Made by a program: the position numbers and the translations under genes | In this document: one piece after another, positions 63,111 to 64,000 of the stretch | Layout: every line of letters begins with the position of its first letter | Numbering within the stretch: the first letter of the stretch is position 1 | Notes under the pieces: model-generated | What the model was told of the DNA's origin: nothing | The model's database searches: none | Seen by the model: only the letters and a program-made list of their open reading frames with translations | Assembly (NCBI RefSeq): GCF_006345805.1 | Contig: NC_043002.1 | Span: 77,190,001 to 77,254,000, forward strand | Direction: 5' to 3' | Length of the DNA stretch: 64,000 nt | Source of the DNA: Octopus sinensis | Taxonomy: Eukaryota

Positions 63111-64000
63111 TGTGCACAAGGGTGTATGTTATTTCTTTTTTTTTTTAATTATTTGAATTCTTCCTGTAGAGAAAGAACTGATTTCTAACAAATAAGCAAA
63201 GTTCCATCACAAAAATTTTTAAAAAACAGCAATGGTGAAAATTTACATGCCAAATTTCAGAAAAATTTTGCATATTTTTAACTATTTAGCTTGCAGATAG
63301 TATTTGCAAAGTATTCGTTAGTTGGTCAATTTCTTTGCCTGAAAATCTCTCCGTTTTGAAATTATTGCTTAGACATTTAGAAACTGTGCTAAATGTATCA
63401 ATAATTATAGGTATGAATATGAATATATGATCTAGTTAAAGAAATTGTAGGTTTTGAAGCGGTCCATAAATATTCTCTGTCTCAGTGATTTCAAAAGAAA
63501 TTATCATGTGAGCGGGGTGGCTGACCTCTATCATTCTATAATTGTATATAATCTTATCTTTTCTGTATCCATATACATATGCGTGTGTGTGTGCGTATGT
63601 GTGTGTGTGTGCATGTGTGTGTGTGGCGAGGGTGGAGTTGAAACACACACACTAAGTTGATGTGTGTGTATTTGCTGCTTTTATATTAGTATAGATTGAA
63701 TGTTCCGATCGTGTATTATGCTTGCAAATGCCAAAGGTATAAGTCATTCATCATCATTATTATCATTTGACATCTGGTGTATATGTGCATACACACACAC
63801 GTGTGCACACACACACACACACACATACACACACATACTTGTGCTTGTGTGTACATACAAATCTGTGTGTGGATGCATGTATGTGTACATGTATACATAG
63901 GTATATGTTTGTATATTTACATGTATGTAGACATTCATACATGTGCATTCTGTTCTCAGCATCATGCAGAGAGCTTTCCCTTCACACAATTCCGCAGCAA

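Noticed and set aside
62726-63989. Multiple MYVC/HTYI-repeat ORFs
   Set aside because: They are translations of (TATG)n and (CA)n microsatellites.

Overview
AT-rich, microsatellite-saturated animal DNA. The SINE families are ones I recognise from Octopus genomes, so the organism is an inference, probably an octopod cephalopod. No complete host gene is visible. A few phase-compatible small exons on the minus strand suggest that much of the window is intronic in a gene for an unidentified membrane protein. The only long real coding sequence is a young, 5'-truncated RTE (BovB-like) LINE (33343-34488, minus strand, 381 uninterrupted codons). Other mobile content: decayed RTE, R4/Dong, CR1-like and hAT fragments; a mariner derivative built from two inverted 5' ends; hAT and piggyBac-like MITEs; a Helentron-like element; and dozens of tRNA-derived SINEs, several nested with clear TSDs. 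The most interesting signal is at least seven minimal type I hammerhead-ribozyme-like motifs, in four unrelated sequence families, all with the loopless or palindromic stem III typical of Penelope-like elements. One family is a tRNA-headed (Pol III A/B box) SINE carrying a hammerhead with an intact core, inserted with a 12-bp TSD (24175-24485). It also occurs as a head-to-head inverted pair (51845-52310). Nearly all other ORFs in the track are microsatellite or SINE artefacts.
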